Below are positions 1-9,354 of a DNA stretch of 60,119 nucleotides, piece after piece. How positions within the stretch are numbered: position 1 is the stretch's first letter; each line of letters opens with the position of its first letter. Source of the stretch: Clostridiaceae bacterium. Lineage in GTDB: Bacteria; Bacillota; Clostridia; Saccharofermentanales; DTU023. Where the stretch lies: NCBI GenBank assembly GCA_012799695.1, contig JAAZKT010000006.1, positions 1 through 60,119 on the forward strand. The letters are read 5' to 3'. The translations under genes were made by a program, and so were the position numbers. The notes below the pieces were generated by a model. That model was not told where the DNA came from. It searched no databases and saw only the letters and a list, made by a program, of their open reading frames with translations.

Positions 1-149
1 CCTTTCTTTACAGCGAGGTAGATAAAAATGAGCGCGATCACCACCATGATCAGCTTCCCGGGAATCATCACGCCGAAGAGCTCCGTATCGAAACGGAAAA
101 GCTCCGTGACGCCAGTGCTCTTATAAAAATCTGCGAGTATGTCGAGCAT
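1..149 (-). CDS. mmdB: Na+-translocating decarboxylase beta subunit (OadB/MmdB/GcdB family), N-terminal fragment; the gene continues past the left edge
   Basis: Not in the ORF track, since only 49 codons lie in the window. Complement ATG at 147-149 with AGGAG 6 nt upstream. The translation MLDILADFYKSTGVTELFRFDTELFGVMIPGKLIMVVIALIFIYLAVKKG has the hydrophobic ...LIFxYLAxKK start typical of beta subunits. It lies 9 nt downstream of the biotin-carrier gene. Confidence 0.65.
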   Translation of the reverse strand, partial: MLDILADFYKSTGVTELFRFDTELFGVMIPGKLIMVVIALIFIYLAVKK

Positions 150-158
150 AGAAGACTC

Positions 159-548
159 CTATTTGAATGTGACAAGAAGATCGCCCGAGGAAACAACGAC
201 ACCTTTGCTGGTGTGAACTTTGGCAATTTCACCGTCATGCGGAGCGACGATTTCATTCTCCATCTTCATCGCTTCAATCACGACGAGAATGTCACCGGCT
301 TTCACCTTATCACCGGGCGCGACATCGACGCTTAGAATGGTGCCCTGCAACGGAGCTTTGACGATATCTCCGCCAGATGCTGCCACAGGAGGCGGGGTCG
401 CCTTCGGAGCCGATACGACGGGTGCCGCCGTGGGTATAGCCTTTACAGGTCGCGGCATCGACACTGCGCTCTCCGATTTGACTTCCTCTACTTCAACAAA
501 ATATTCATCTCCATCAATGACGATACGAAACGTCTTAACTGTGGACAT
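159..548 (-). CDS. mmdC: Biotin carboxyl carrier subunit of a membrane decarboxylase (MmdC/GcdC-like)
   Basis: 129 aa. The C-terminal biotinyl domain carries the biotinylation motif EAMKMENEI, preceded by an Ala/Pro-rich linker (PTAAPVVSAPKATPPPVAASG). Confidence 0.85.
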   Translation of the reverse strand: MSTVKTFRIVIDGDEYFVEVEEVKSESAVSMPRPVKAIPTAAPVVSAPKATPPPVAASGGDIVKAPLQGTILSVDVAPGDKVKAGDILVVIEAMKMENEIVAPHDGEIAKVHTSKGVVVSSGDLLVTFK

Positions 549-566
549 ACGATTAACCCTTTCTCT

Positions 567-932
567 TTATAACGAGCGCCTGAGCGACTCTTCCATCCCG
601 GCAGCTTCCCATCCTGAAAGCCCCGCAGATTCACGATAAACACGGCGGACGACCAGCTTGACATCATCGCCCGCATAGGCCTGAATCGCTGCAGATAGCG
701 CGGCGATTTTTTTCGGATTCATCTTCATATCAGAAGCGTCCGATATAGAAAATTCCGATACTTTCAGATCGGAAGAACTAGAATCTTCCTTACTCTTTCT
801 CTGTTTTCTTTTCAAAATGAATGCCGTGATATCCACTAAGTAAGAGATCACGAGCAACACGATGAAAACAAAAACCATATAGATGATCGACAAAACAACG
901 CTACCAACCAGTGTCATATTATCCGGCGTCAT
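567..932 (-). CDS. Small membrane-anchor subunit of a Na+ decarboxylase (OadG/MmdD-like)
   Basis: The ORF track gives 567-974. I prefer ATG at 932 (GAGGTG RBS, 10-nt gap after the carboxyltransferase stop) because the longer form would overlap the upstream gene. It has one N-terminal TM helix (LVGSVVLSIIYMVFVFIVLLVISYLV), then a charged/Ser-rich linker and an ...SGWEAAG... tail. Confidence 0.6.
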   Translation of the reverse strand: MTPDNMTLVGSVVLSIIYMVFVFIVLLVISYLVDITAFILKRKQRKSKEDSSSSDLKVSEFSISDASDMKMNPKKIAALSAAIQAYAGDDVKLVVRRVYRESAGLSGWEAAGMEESLRRSL

Positions 933-942
933 ACTCTCACCT

Positions 943-2490
943 CTACAAAGGGATATTGCCGTGTTTCTTGGCAATTGTCGTTATGCGCTTACCGCGCAAC
1001 GAGTCGAATGATGAGATCAGTCGCTGGCGCGTCTCCTCAGGCAAGATCACATCGTCGAGGTAGCCGCGTTCAGCAGCTACGAACGGGTTCATCATCGCCT
1101 CGGAGTATTCGGCAATCTTCTCATTGCGTTTTTCTTCCGGATCATCGGCGTTGCGAATCTCGCGCGAGAATATAATATTCGCCGCCCCTTCCGCGCCCAT
1201 GACGGCAATCTCAGCGGTTGGCCAACCGAGCACGATATCGCCTCCAAGATGCTTTGAACACATGCCGATATAGGCACCACCATAAGCTTTACGGGTGATC
1301 ACTGTCACTTTCGGCACGCTTGCTTCACTGTAAGCGTACAACATTTTCGCGCCGTGACGAATGATCCCGCCGTACTCCTGTTGCGTACCGGGGAGAAATC
1401 CCGGGACATCGACGAGCGTCAAAAGGGGCACGTTGAATGCGTCACACATACGGATGAATCTCGATGCTTTATCGGATGCGTTGATGTCGAGACAACCCGC
1501 CATCACACGCGGTTGATTGGCGATGACGCCGACGCTTTCACCGTTCAAGCGTATAAATCCAGTAATGATGTTTTGCGCATAATAAGGTTGAACCTCGAAC
1601 AGTGCACCGTCGTCCGCCAGTGCGTAAATCAATTCTTTCATGTCATACGGTGTACGGGGATCCTGCGGGATGAGCGTGTTCAGCTCCCTGATCATTTCAT
1701 TGGGATCGCGGAAACATTCAGTGCGCGCCGGTCTTTCGAGATTGTTTTGAGGCAAGAAGCTCAACAATTGTTTAATTTGGGCGAGACACTCCTCTTCGTT
1801 GGAAGCGCGAAAATGCGCGACGCCGCTCACGCTATTGTGCGTCATCGCACCACCGAGCGTCTGGGATGAGACTTCTTCTCCGGTAACGGCCAAAATGACC
1901 TGCGGTCCCGTGATAAACATCTCACTCGTTTCGTCGACCATAAACACAAAATCCGTGAGCGCCGGCGAATAGACGGCTCCACCGGCACAGGGTCCCATAA
2001 TGACGGAAATTTGCGGAATGACACCTGACGCCTTCGTGTTGTTGAAGAAGATGCGACCGTATCCCGCCAAGGAATCGACGCCTTCCTGAATACGCGCACC
2101 GCCGGAATCGTTGATGGCAATCATCGGAGCACCGACCTTGAGCGCCGCTTCCTGCGTACGCACGATCTTATCGGCGTGCATTTCGCCCAATGAGCCTCCG
2201 ATCACGGTGAAATCCTGAGCCGAGACAAAGACGAGCCTCCCGTCGATCGTACCGTAACCTGTTACGACGCCGTCACCAGGGGCGTTTTTCGTATCCATGC
2301 CGAAGTTTGTCGCCCTGTGTTTGACGAAAAGCCCCGTCTCGACGAAACTCTTTTCATCGAGAAGCTTTTCAATGCGTTCACGTGCCGTCATCTTTCCGCG
2401 TGCGTGCTGGCGTTCGATCGCCGCTTCACCGCCACCCGAAGAGAGAGTTTTCTTCATGTCAAGCAATGCATGTTGTTTATCATCAAGCAA
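943..2490 (-). CDS. mmdA: Acyl-CoA carboxyltransferase, methylmalonyl-CoA decarboxylase alpha subunit type (PccB/MmdA family)
   Basis: 515 aa, collinear from memory with Veillonella MmdA (GKMTARERI, DSGGARIQEGV, MGPCAGGAVYSPALTDF, RKAYGGAY, C-terminal KKHGNIPL). TTG start at 2490 with AAGGAGG 8 nt upstream. Confidence 0.9.
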   Translation of the reverse strand: MLDDKQHALLDMKKTLSSGGGEAAIERQHARGKMTARERIEKLLDEKSFVETGLFVKHRATNFGMDTKNAPGDGVVTGYGTIDGRLVFVSAQDFTVIGGSLGEMHADKIVRTQEAALKVGAPMIAINDSGGARIQEGVDSLAGYGRIFFNNTKASGVIPQISVIMGPCAGGAVYSPALTDFVFMVDETSEMFITGPQVILAVTGEEVSSQTLGGAMTHNSVSGVAHFRASNEEECLAQIKQLLSFLPQNNLERPARTECFRDPNEMIRELNTLIPQDPRTPYDMKELIYALADDGALFEVQPYYAQNIITGFIRLNGESVGVIANQPRVMAGCLDINASDKASRFIRMCDAFNVPLLTLVDVPGFLPGTQQEYGGIIRHGAKMLYAYSEASVPKVTVITRKAYGGAYIGMCSKHLGGDIVLGWPTAEIAVMGAEGAANIIFSREIRNADDPEEKRNEKIAEYSEAMMNPFVAAERGYLDDVILPEETRQRLISSFDSLRGKRITTIAKKHGNIPL

Positions 2491-2526
2491 GTCCGTATCC
2501 TCCTTTATCTTTCAAATCATTAATTG

Positions 2527-4158
2527 TCATTTCTTAAAACTGTCTGGGATCTCATAAAGACCTCCGGACCATTCAACAAGTTCATCGAGCGATTTCGCCG
2601 CGAGAAGGTCTTTCGTCGCGAGCGCGGGGTCGATATCCAGATCATCGGGAAGCGCCACTTTGCCGGCTTTTCTCAGCCTTTCAACCACGGCAGGACTCGC
2701 CATGTCGCCAATCGGCGTCCCTTGCGCAACGGCGCCCATCAGTGTCGTCCTCTCATCTTCACTTTCAGCGAGATAGAGGTACGCAATTCCCTGCTCCGTC
2801 ACGACGTGCGTCACATCTTCACCGTAAACCATGACCGGCACGCTGTCCAAACCGGCATTCCGTCCGATTTCGACAGCGTCGAGCTCCGGGACGAAATTGT
2901 TCCCGAACCGTCCGCTGCTCGACAACATCTGGACGATGAGCTTTTTCCCGCCTATGAGGGAACGACCGGGGTTCGCCATCATTTCTTTCCACGCCGGCGA
3001 TGAATGACGACGTCCTCGCGTGTTATGACCCATATTCGGCGCTCCGCCGAATCCGGAGAGCCTGCCGCTCGTCACCGTCGACGAGTTGCCAAGATAATCC
3101 ATCTGCAACGTCGCGCCAAGGAACAAATCGATGCCGTAAAGTCCCGCCAACTGTGCGTAAGCGCGATTGGAGCGGAGCGTCCCGTCATTCCCCGTAAAGA
3201 AGATATCGGAGCGAGCCTCCGTGTACTTTTCCATACCTTTTTCGCCGCCAAATGCATAGATGCTCTCCACCCAGCCTTTTTCAATCGCGGGAATCATCAT
3301 CGGATGCGGATTGAGTACCCAGTGACGGCAAATTTTTCCTTTCAAGCCGAGGCTTTCACCGTACGTCGGCAAAATGAGTTCGATCGCCGCCCCGTTATAT
3401 CCGATGCCGTGATTGAGCGACATCACGCCATGTTTGGCATAGATCCCCTTGATCGTCATCATCGCCATCAAAATATGCGATTCGCGAATCTTCGCAGGAT
3501 CTCTCGTAAAAAGCGCCTCCATCTGGTACGGCTCATCCGAGCGGACGACAATATCGACCCAGTCACCCGGGATATCAACACGCGGCAGTACGCCCTTTTC
3601 GACGATATCATTGACCTGCACAATGACAATGCCGTCCTTAAATGCGGTCGCTTCGACGAGGATAGGCGTATCTTCCGTACTGTATCCGGTGAAAAGGTTG
3701 CCGTCTTCATCTGCCATCTCCGCGGCGACAAGACAAACATTGGGAATGAGATCGACGAGCAGCCTCGCATACAATTCAAGATATGTGTGAATCGATCCGA
3801 TCTTCAACTGATTGTCTTCCAACATCTTTGCCAACCGCACACTCTGCATGCCTGCAAATGCGAAATTAAGTTCACGCGCGATACCCTTCTCAAAAAGGTC
3901 TAGGTGCTCTTCTCGGGAAACGGCAGGGATCAACATGGTCAGACCGTGCACGATCGCCGGGTCTACCGAAGCAAGCGCCTGTGAAAGAAACGTCGCCTGC
4001 TTCTGGTTGTCACCTTCGAGGACAACGCGATCGTTCGGATAGACAACTGATTCCAACACAGGGACAATATTCTCAGCTTGAATGATCTTCCCGCGCATCA
4101 TATGCGAAGCGCGCTGCAACCGTTCCTGCTTTTTCATCTTTTGCACATTCCATTCCAT
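2527..4158 (-). CDS. mdcA: Malonate decarboxylase alpha subunit family protein (MdcA/MadA-like acyl-carrier:malonate transferase)
   Basis: 543 aa. The N-terminal half matches remembered MdcA sequence blocks (VVLEGDNQKQAxFLS, HLDLFEKGIARxLxFxFAG, IHTYLELYARLLVDLIPNV, EATAFKDGIVIVQVN). AAGGAG RBS before ATG 4158. 36 nt upstream of mmdA. Confidence 0.85.
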   Translation of the reverse strand: MEWNVQKMKKQERLQRASHMMRGKIIQAENIVPVLESVVYPNDRVVLEGDNQKQATFLSQALASVDPAIVHGLTMLIPAVSREEHLDLFEKGIARELNFAFAGMQSVRLAKMLEDNQLKIGSIHTYLELYARLLVDLIPNVCLVAAEMADEDGNLFTGYSTEDTPILVEATAFKDGIVIVQVNDIVEKGVLPRVDIPGDWVDIVVRSDEPYQMEALFTRDPAKIRESHILMAMMTIKGIYAKHGVMSLNHGIGYNGAAIELILPTYGESLGLKGKICRHWVLNPHPMMIPAIEKGWVESIYAFGGEKGMEKYTEARSDIFFTGNDGTLRSNRAYAQLAGLYGIDLFLGATLQMDYLGNSSTVTSGRLSGFGGAPNMGHNTRGRRHSSPAWKEMMANPGRSLIGGKKLIVQMLSSSGRFGNNFVPELDAVEIGRNAGLDSVPVMVYGEDVTHVVTEQGIAYLYLAESEDERTTLMGAVAQGTPIGDMASPAVVERLRKAGKVALPDDLDIDPALATKDLLAAKSLDELVEWSGGLYEIPDSFKK

Positions 4159-4515
4159 CGTCGGGACTCCTTTATTTAATCATTTGCGGGGCAGTGAAAT
4201 AGATCGACACATCCTTTAATCAGATCGATTAACGACAGGTTTCCATGAACATTAGCGAGTAATTCAGCGATATAGCCACTGCCCTTTCTGACACACAAAC
4301 CTGCAATGCTAAACTCACCTTAAAGCTATCACTTGAGCTGTTGAACGTCAAACAATTATCGTACGAATCTTTACAGTTTATTCGTCTCTCAGCGGAAACA
4401 TTTTGTAAGTAAATTGACAAAACCAGCATACCCATCATCTAAAAAGGTTATGCCGATCGCTATAGGTCGGTTCCATGCCAGTTTGCCATCACCAGACAGG
4501 AGACCCTTATGAGTT

Positions 4516-5592
4516 TTATGCTTGAGTTTTCCTCCACGACATTGCCTTCTCGATAAATAGGAGCTTTCTTCTCGGATATTCCGATCCTGCGACAAAAGCC
4601 GAACAGGCGTGCTGTGCTCCCTCGACAACCCAATATTCTTTCAGCTCGGAAGAGCACGCTTCGATCAATTTCTCCGACATCCACGTCGGTACGAATTTAT
4701 CGTCACTACCGTGAATGATGAAGATCGGGACAGTCGCCCTCGCCACAGCGGAAAGTGCGGTCGGATCGTGCAACTTATAACCCATTACGAAATAGAAAAT
4801 TATTTTCGCAAAAAAGATGGCAGGGCCGCGCAGAATAAGATTCATACCGCGCGTAAGCCATTTGCCCTGCTCGACAAGCGATGTAAACCCGCAATCTGCG
4901 ATAACGGCGACCACGTTCTCAGGGAATCGATCATCGCCAGTCGCCGTTAAAACCGTAGCGGCGCCCATCGACAGTCCGTCGAACACGTACCATGCAGGAG
5001 CGTTTTCGCCCAATCGCTTATCTATCTCATCCATCCAAGCAAATAAATCATCATAGTGCTTGCATCCGACATCAATTCTCTTCCCATCACTCGGTTTATG
5101 CGCTCGAAGCGAAGGGAGGAAAACAGAGATGCCCGCCTCAAGATATGGTCGCGCATCGAGTATTCTCGTCCCGCCTACATCGCGCCAACCATGGACAATA
5201 ATGGCGCATCCGTTCTGGAACGCATGATCTCCCATTGATTCCGCAAATGCGGGAATATAGATACCTCTGAGTTTAAGGCCGTCTCGTTCAATTTCAAGTT
5301 CAATCTCATCGCCAGTCAAGAGTCCCTCTCTGACCTTCTGAGCAGTTTTGAAGTAGGCGACAGCTTCCTCAGAAACGTAAGATCTGCTACCTGTATCCTC
5401 CTGCCCTTCAGGAGGTTTCGTCGCATAACGAAACAAGACACGTCCGAGAGACAACTCGAACCATAAATAAACGAGTAGAATAGCGCCGACGGCAATCAAT
5501 ACGATCACCCACGGTTGCGCACTCGCACAGACAAATGGCAACGTTACCGGTTTAAGAAACATCGCCGAAAACTGAGAAATAACAGTCATCAT
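4516..5592 (-). CDS. Membrane-anchored alpha/beta hydrolase
   Basis: 358 aa. N-terminal TM segment (PWVIVLIAVGAILLVYLWF), nucleophile elbow GLSMG, HGSDDKFVP (Asp) and GAQHA (His) in the order expected for a Ser-Asp-His triad. Confidence 0.75.
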   Translation of the reverse strand: MMTVISQFSAMFLKPVTLPFVCASAQPWVIVLIAVGAILLVYLWFELSLGRVLFRYATKPPEGQEDTGSRSYVSEEAVAYFKTAQKVREGLLTGDEIELEIERDGLKLRGIYIPAFAESMGDHAFQNGCAIIVHGWRDVGGTRILDARPYLEAGISVFLPSLRAHKPSDGKRIDVGCKHYDDLFAWMDEIDKRLGENAPAWYVFDGLSMGAATVLTATGDDRFPENVVAVIADCGFTSLVEQGKWLTRGMNLILRGPAIFFAKIIFYFVMGYKLHDPTALSAVARATVPIFIIHGSDDKFVPTWMSEKLIEACSSELKEYWVVEGAQHACSAFVAGSEYPRRKLLFIEKAMSWRKTQA

Positions 5593-5776
5593 CTATACCT
5601 CATCTCCATCTGCCTAGAAATCTGATCATAGAGGGAACTTGTCTATGAGCACACCATCAAATCACTTCATCGCTTATTAATTATAAGTAATCGTGCGGAG
5701 AGGTGCATCGCTGAACGTTCCTTTATAAACAATCCGTTCTACACGTTCGATCTATACATGCCATGGCATACGACAG

Positions 5777-7204
5777 CTAATGGCGGACGATTGGATTCGT
5801 ATACCACTTGCCTTTCTTATAGAGAATGATACCCACAAGAATAATGAGAATATTTGAAGCAAGCATGGAAATCCACAAGCCGGTCGCTCCGAAATTGGTA
5901 AATGTTTTAAACAGGAAAATGAGCGGCAGACGAAAACCCCATAATCGCAAAATGGAAATAAAGGCGGCATACCGATGATACCCCGCCCCGCTGAAAATCC
6001 CGGAAAACGCGTTGAAATATCCCATCGCAGGAGTCATAAGCGCACTATAAATGACGTATTCCAGCGATTGCTCCCAAACGAGGTCGGCATGTACGCCCGT
6101 TTCGCGAATAAAAAGCGACAATATAGGATGGCGCAAAAACCACATCGCGGCACCGCCGATAAGAGTGAAATATGTGATATACCGGAAAGCGGCACGCGCG
6201 AAATCTCGAGCCCTCTCACGATTATCCGCGCCCATGTTCTGTCCGACAAGCGGCGTCAACGCGCCACCAATTCCGGACGCCGGCATCATGATAAAGCTGT
6301 TGACGCGGTTGACAGCGGCGTATGCGGTAATCGTCGCATCTCCGTAGGCAACAATAAGAGAATGCATGAGCGTAAACCCAAGCGCCGCACTTGATTGCCC
6401 CAATGCCGTGGGAAACCCAGTACGAGCGAGCCTTACAAATTGCATTGACGTCAGTTTGGTGTTTTTTAAACGCAGTCTCACTTCGTTGACATTTGATCGA
6501 ATTGCCACCGCCCCTAGTATCATGCGCACCACCTGCGAAATAACAGTCGCCCACGCGGCGCCCGCAATCCCCAACCCTAGTCCGAGAAGATTGATAAGGG
6601 GAATTCGGGTAAATATGAACAATGGGTCGAGAACAATATTCAACACCGCAGAAATCGCACTGATTCTTGTTGTCACGCGTGTCTTACCTTGAGCTCCCAA
6701 TATCGCGTAGAAGGACAGATAAACCATCTCAAACACAAAACCGGTCATCAAAATAGAAAAGTATTTTGTCGCCGATTCTCGCAAAGCTCCCGTTGCGCCC
6801 ATCCATCTGACAATCGAAGGCGATAAAAAATAACCGACAATGGAAAAGAATGCGCCTATGAAAAGACAAAAATAAAAGACATGCGTCGCATACGACTCTG
6901 CTCGTTCACGCTCACCCGCGCCGATCAGTTGCGAAATGATCGCCGTGCCTGCAATCGAAATGCCGATACCCAGTGAAATAAAAAGGTAATGTGGAGGCCA
7001 AATAAAGCTCGTTGCAGAAAACTCGACAAGCGAGAGCTGAGCGACCCAAAGCCCATCTGTCAGATTGTATACTGCATTGATAAAGTTCGTAACCATCAGC
7101 GGAACGGAAACAGAAAAAAGGACCGGGACAATCGGTCCTTCCAAAATAGTTCCCTTACCGGTTTTCTGAGCATTCAGTTGAATCTGTTTTTTGTCTTCGC
7201 CCAT
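5777..7204 (-). CDS. MATE family efflux transporter
   Basis: 475 aa, about 12 hydrophobic segments. The N-terminal block ILEGPIxPVLFSVSVPLMVTNFINAVYNLTDGLWV is typical of MATE/NorM proteins. Confidence 0.85.
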   Translation of the reverse strand: MGEDKKQIQLNAQKTGKGTILEGPIVPVLFSVSVPLMVTNFINAVYNLTDGLWVAQLSLVEFSATSFIWPPHYLFISLGIGISIAGTAIISQLIGAGERERAESYATHVFYFCLFIGAFFSIVGYFLSPSIVRWMGATGALRESATKYFSILMTGFVFEMVYLSFYAILGAQGKTRVTTRISAISAVLNIVLDPLFIFTRIPLINLLGLGLGIAGAAWATVISQVVRMILGAVAIRSNVNEVRLRLKNTKLTSMQFVRLARTGFPTALGQSSAALGFTLMHSLIVAYGDATITAYAAVNRVNSFIMMPASGIGGALTPLVGQNMGADNRERARDFARAAFRYITYFTLIGGAAMWFLRHPILSLFIRETGVHADLVWEQSLEYVIYSALMTPAMGYFNAFSGIFSGAGYHRYAAFISILRLWGFRLPLIFLFKTFTNFGATGLWISMLASNILIILVGIILYKKGKWYTNPIVRH

Positions 7205-7220
7205 AAGTATCTGTCTCTTG

Positions 7221-7868
7221 TCATTGTCGAAGTTCAGAGATTATCTTCTCTAAATACGTCGACTCATGAATTAATCCGTTCATTACATACAGATCACGCG
7301 CTTCGCAAAAAAGTTCGAGCGCCTTCGATACTTCGCCATCCGTCAAACAACAGCGCCCCTTCAATGTCAACAACGCCGCGTATGCCCTATCTGATGTACC
7401 TCTGTCGGCGTAATCATGCGCTAGCCTCAAATAGATGTCACATTCCGCCCGATCACCCAATTCAAGAAAGATCGTCCCCTGCGCGATGTAATTCTCGGCC
7501 AGTCTGGCGAAATAACGGGGCATGGATGACGACAGATAGAGCAATTCTTCACGGTAGTAAGCGATGGCACTCTGTTTATCGTCAAGAGTATGCGCTATTC
7601 TTGCCCGCTCATGCAAAAAATAGGGGCACAGATTCCGGTAGACTTTGCGTTCGCTTACGTCAAGCATTCGCTCAACCAAATGAAGTGCGTCATCAAGGTT
7701 GCCTAAACCAATCAAAGCACGTACCTCGGCCAAACGTGCAAGAGCTTTGAGAGAGGTTTTCGACGGAACTTCTTGAATTAGTTCCGACAAAAGTTCCAAC
7801 GCCTTCGCAAAATGCCCGGCATCGAGAAGGCGATTTGCTTCATCAAGTTTTACTGAGTGAGAATCCAT
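7221..7868 (-). CDS. Tetratricopeptide-repeat (TPR) protein
   Basis: 215 aa, all-helical, with repeated A-x-x-Y/L-x-x-A 34-residue-like units (AKALELLSE..., AIAYYREEL..., ALELFCEARDLY). Function unknown. Confidence 0.55.
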   Translation of the reverse strand: MDSHSVKLDEANRLLDAGHFAKALELLSELIQEVPSKTSLKALARLAEVRALIGLGNLDDALHLVERMLDVSERKVYRNLCPYFLHERARIAHTLDDKQSAIAYYREELLYLSSSMPRYFARLAENYIAQGTIFLELGDRAECDIYLRLAHDYADRGTSDRAYAALLTLKGRCCLTDGEVSKALELFCEARDLYVMNGLIHESTYLEKIISELRQ

Positions 7869-8145
7869 ATTAGTATTTTATCACCGTTGTAGTTTTTGCG
7901 CGCGACTAATTTGTTACATCGATGATCTCATTGTTCACAATTTGTTTGCCATCTTCCTGCACTTCTACTGTACAATATGAATAGTGACAAAGGAGGGGGG
8001 CTATATTTTTTCTTCGAACAACCACTTGAAGAAAATTGTTTTTGTTGTGCTCCTCTATCTTTCAACGTAAGACTATCTCGTTGTGGCGTCACTTCAAACG
8101 CACGCCGAGAACTTCTCCGGCGCGCAATAATTGAAAGGATCGGTA

Positions 8146-8676
8146 ATGATTGGACGTAATATCGGGAGATTTTTACTACAAGGTGAAGACTCGTTGATGA
8201 TTGATGCCGCTCAGTGTGCCACCGTTAGAACTGAAAACACACTCCTTCATGCATTATTGTTGCTCTCAAGTGTCGGCTTTACGTCGGTTCCCGTTTTAGA
8301 TGAATCGTCCCGCGTCGCGGGCATTATTACCATGCCGTCTATCATCAACGGTTTGCTCGATAACGAAGACTATAATTGGGATCTTCTGCCCGTTCGAAAA
8401 GTGAAAGAGGTCATGACGAATAATGTACCTCGCGTTTTCAGGGACTCCCCTTTCGAGGATGTTCTCCACGTTTTAGTCAACTCCAACTACCTGTGCGTCA
8501 CGGAACGAGATAACACTTTCCTCGGTATCATCGCAAGAAAACAGTTATTGAAGCGTGTGAACAGGTTGGCGCACGAGTTTGAACTTTTTTATGAGGTCAA
8601 AGAACGAACGAAAGACAAAGTTAAAGAAGCACCATCACATGATTTTGCGGAAGATGATATTCAATTCAAACTATAA
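8146..8676 (+). CDS. CBS-pair domain protein (CbpB/YkuL-like)
   Basis: The ORF track starts at TTG 8131. ATG 8146 has AAAGGA 6 nt upstream. Two CBS motifs (GFTSVPVLDESSRVAGIIT; NYLCVTERDNTFLGIIARKQLL). Size and layout resemble Bacillus YkuL / Listeria CbpB. Confidence 0.7.
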   Translation: MIGRNIGRFLLQGEDSLMIDAAQCATVRTENTLLHALLLLSSVGFTSVPVLDESSRVAGIITMPSIINGLLDNEDYNWDLLPVRKVKEVMTNNVPRVFRDSPFEDVLHVLVNSNYLCVTERDNTFLGIIARKQLLKRVNRLAHEFELFYEVKERTKDKVKEAPSHDFAEDDIQFKL

Positions 8677-8760
8677 AAAACGATCAGTTTCGGAAGTCTT
8701 ATTGAACATAATAGGTATAGCTACATAAAAATCGAGCGCTAACAAATAGTATGAACAAAG

Positions 8761-8800
8761 AAAGGGAGGTTGCTCACATGAAACGACCTCCCTTTTCCAT
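8761..8800. terminator. Bidirectional intrinsic terminator between the convergent CBS gene and rplL
   Basis: AAAGGGAGGT (8761-8770) pairs with ACCTCCCTTT (8786-8795). T-runs follow the stem on both strands. Confidence 0.55.
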
Positions 8801-8824
8801 TTGAATCGGTTATCAATCGAATCG

Positions 8825-9208
8825 TTACTCGATCTCGACTTCCGCACCGGCTTCCTTAAGCTTGTTGGCGGCATCTTCCGCTTCCTCGCGGCTAACCTTT
8901 TCTTTGATCGGCTTTGGTGCTTCGTCGACGAGAGCTTTAGCTTCTTTCAAGCCGAGTCCCGTAATCTCACGCACCGCTTTAATGACAGCGATTTTCGCCT
9001 GTCCTGCATTCTTGAGAACGACGTCGAATTCCGTCTTCTCTTCTTCTTCCGCTGCGCCTGCGGGACCGCCGGCTACAGGTGCCGCAACCGCCATCGCGGC
9101 AGCGGAAACACCAAATTCGTCTTCCATCATTTTCACGAGTTCATTCAGTTCAAGAATCGTCAGACCTTTTATGTCTTCAAGGATTCCGGCGAGTTTTTCG
9201 TTACCCAT
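8825..9208 (-). CDS. rplL: 50S ribosomal protein L7/L12
   Basis: Product is [34 protein letters not shown]...[13 protein letters not shown] 9208 is preceded by AGGAGG; the track ORF (to 9247) is an upstream in-frame extension. Confidence 0.95.
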   Translation of the reverse strand: MGNEKLAGILEDIKGLTILELNELVKMMEDEFGVSAAAMAVAAPVAGGPAGAAEEEEKTEFDVVLKNAGQAKIAVIKAVREITGLGLKEAKALVDEAPKPIKEKVSREEAEDAANKLKEAGAEVEIE

Positions 9209-9354
9209 ATTCAGTCTACCTCCTGATGTAGATCGAGTTCGCCTCATGCGAACCTCTGTTTGTTATTTTTTAGTATTACTGTCCATCATGTTCTATTAGG
9301 ACAGAGTAAGGAAGCAACATGCATACGACTGCTAGTGCTTCATTGGTTCCGGAG

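Noticed and set aside
3004-3903. 299-aa plus-strand ORF (plus 2524-3003 and 3449-3790)
   Set aside because: It is antisense to the mdcA-like gene, and its Arg-rich composition is typical of reverse-frame artefacts. No start context supports it.
6989-7750. 253-aa plus-strand ORF spanning the MATE/TPR junction
   Set aside because: It is antisense to two well-supported minus-strand genes, and it has no RBS.
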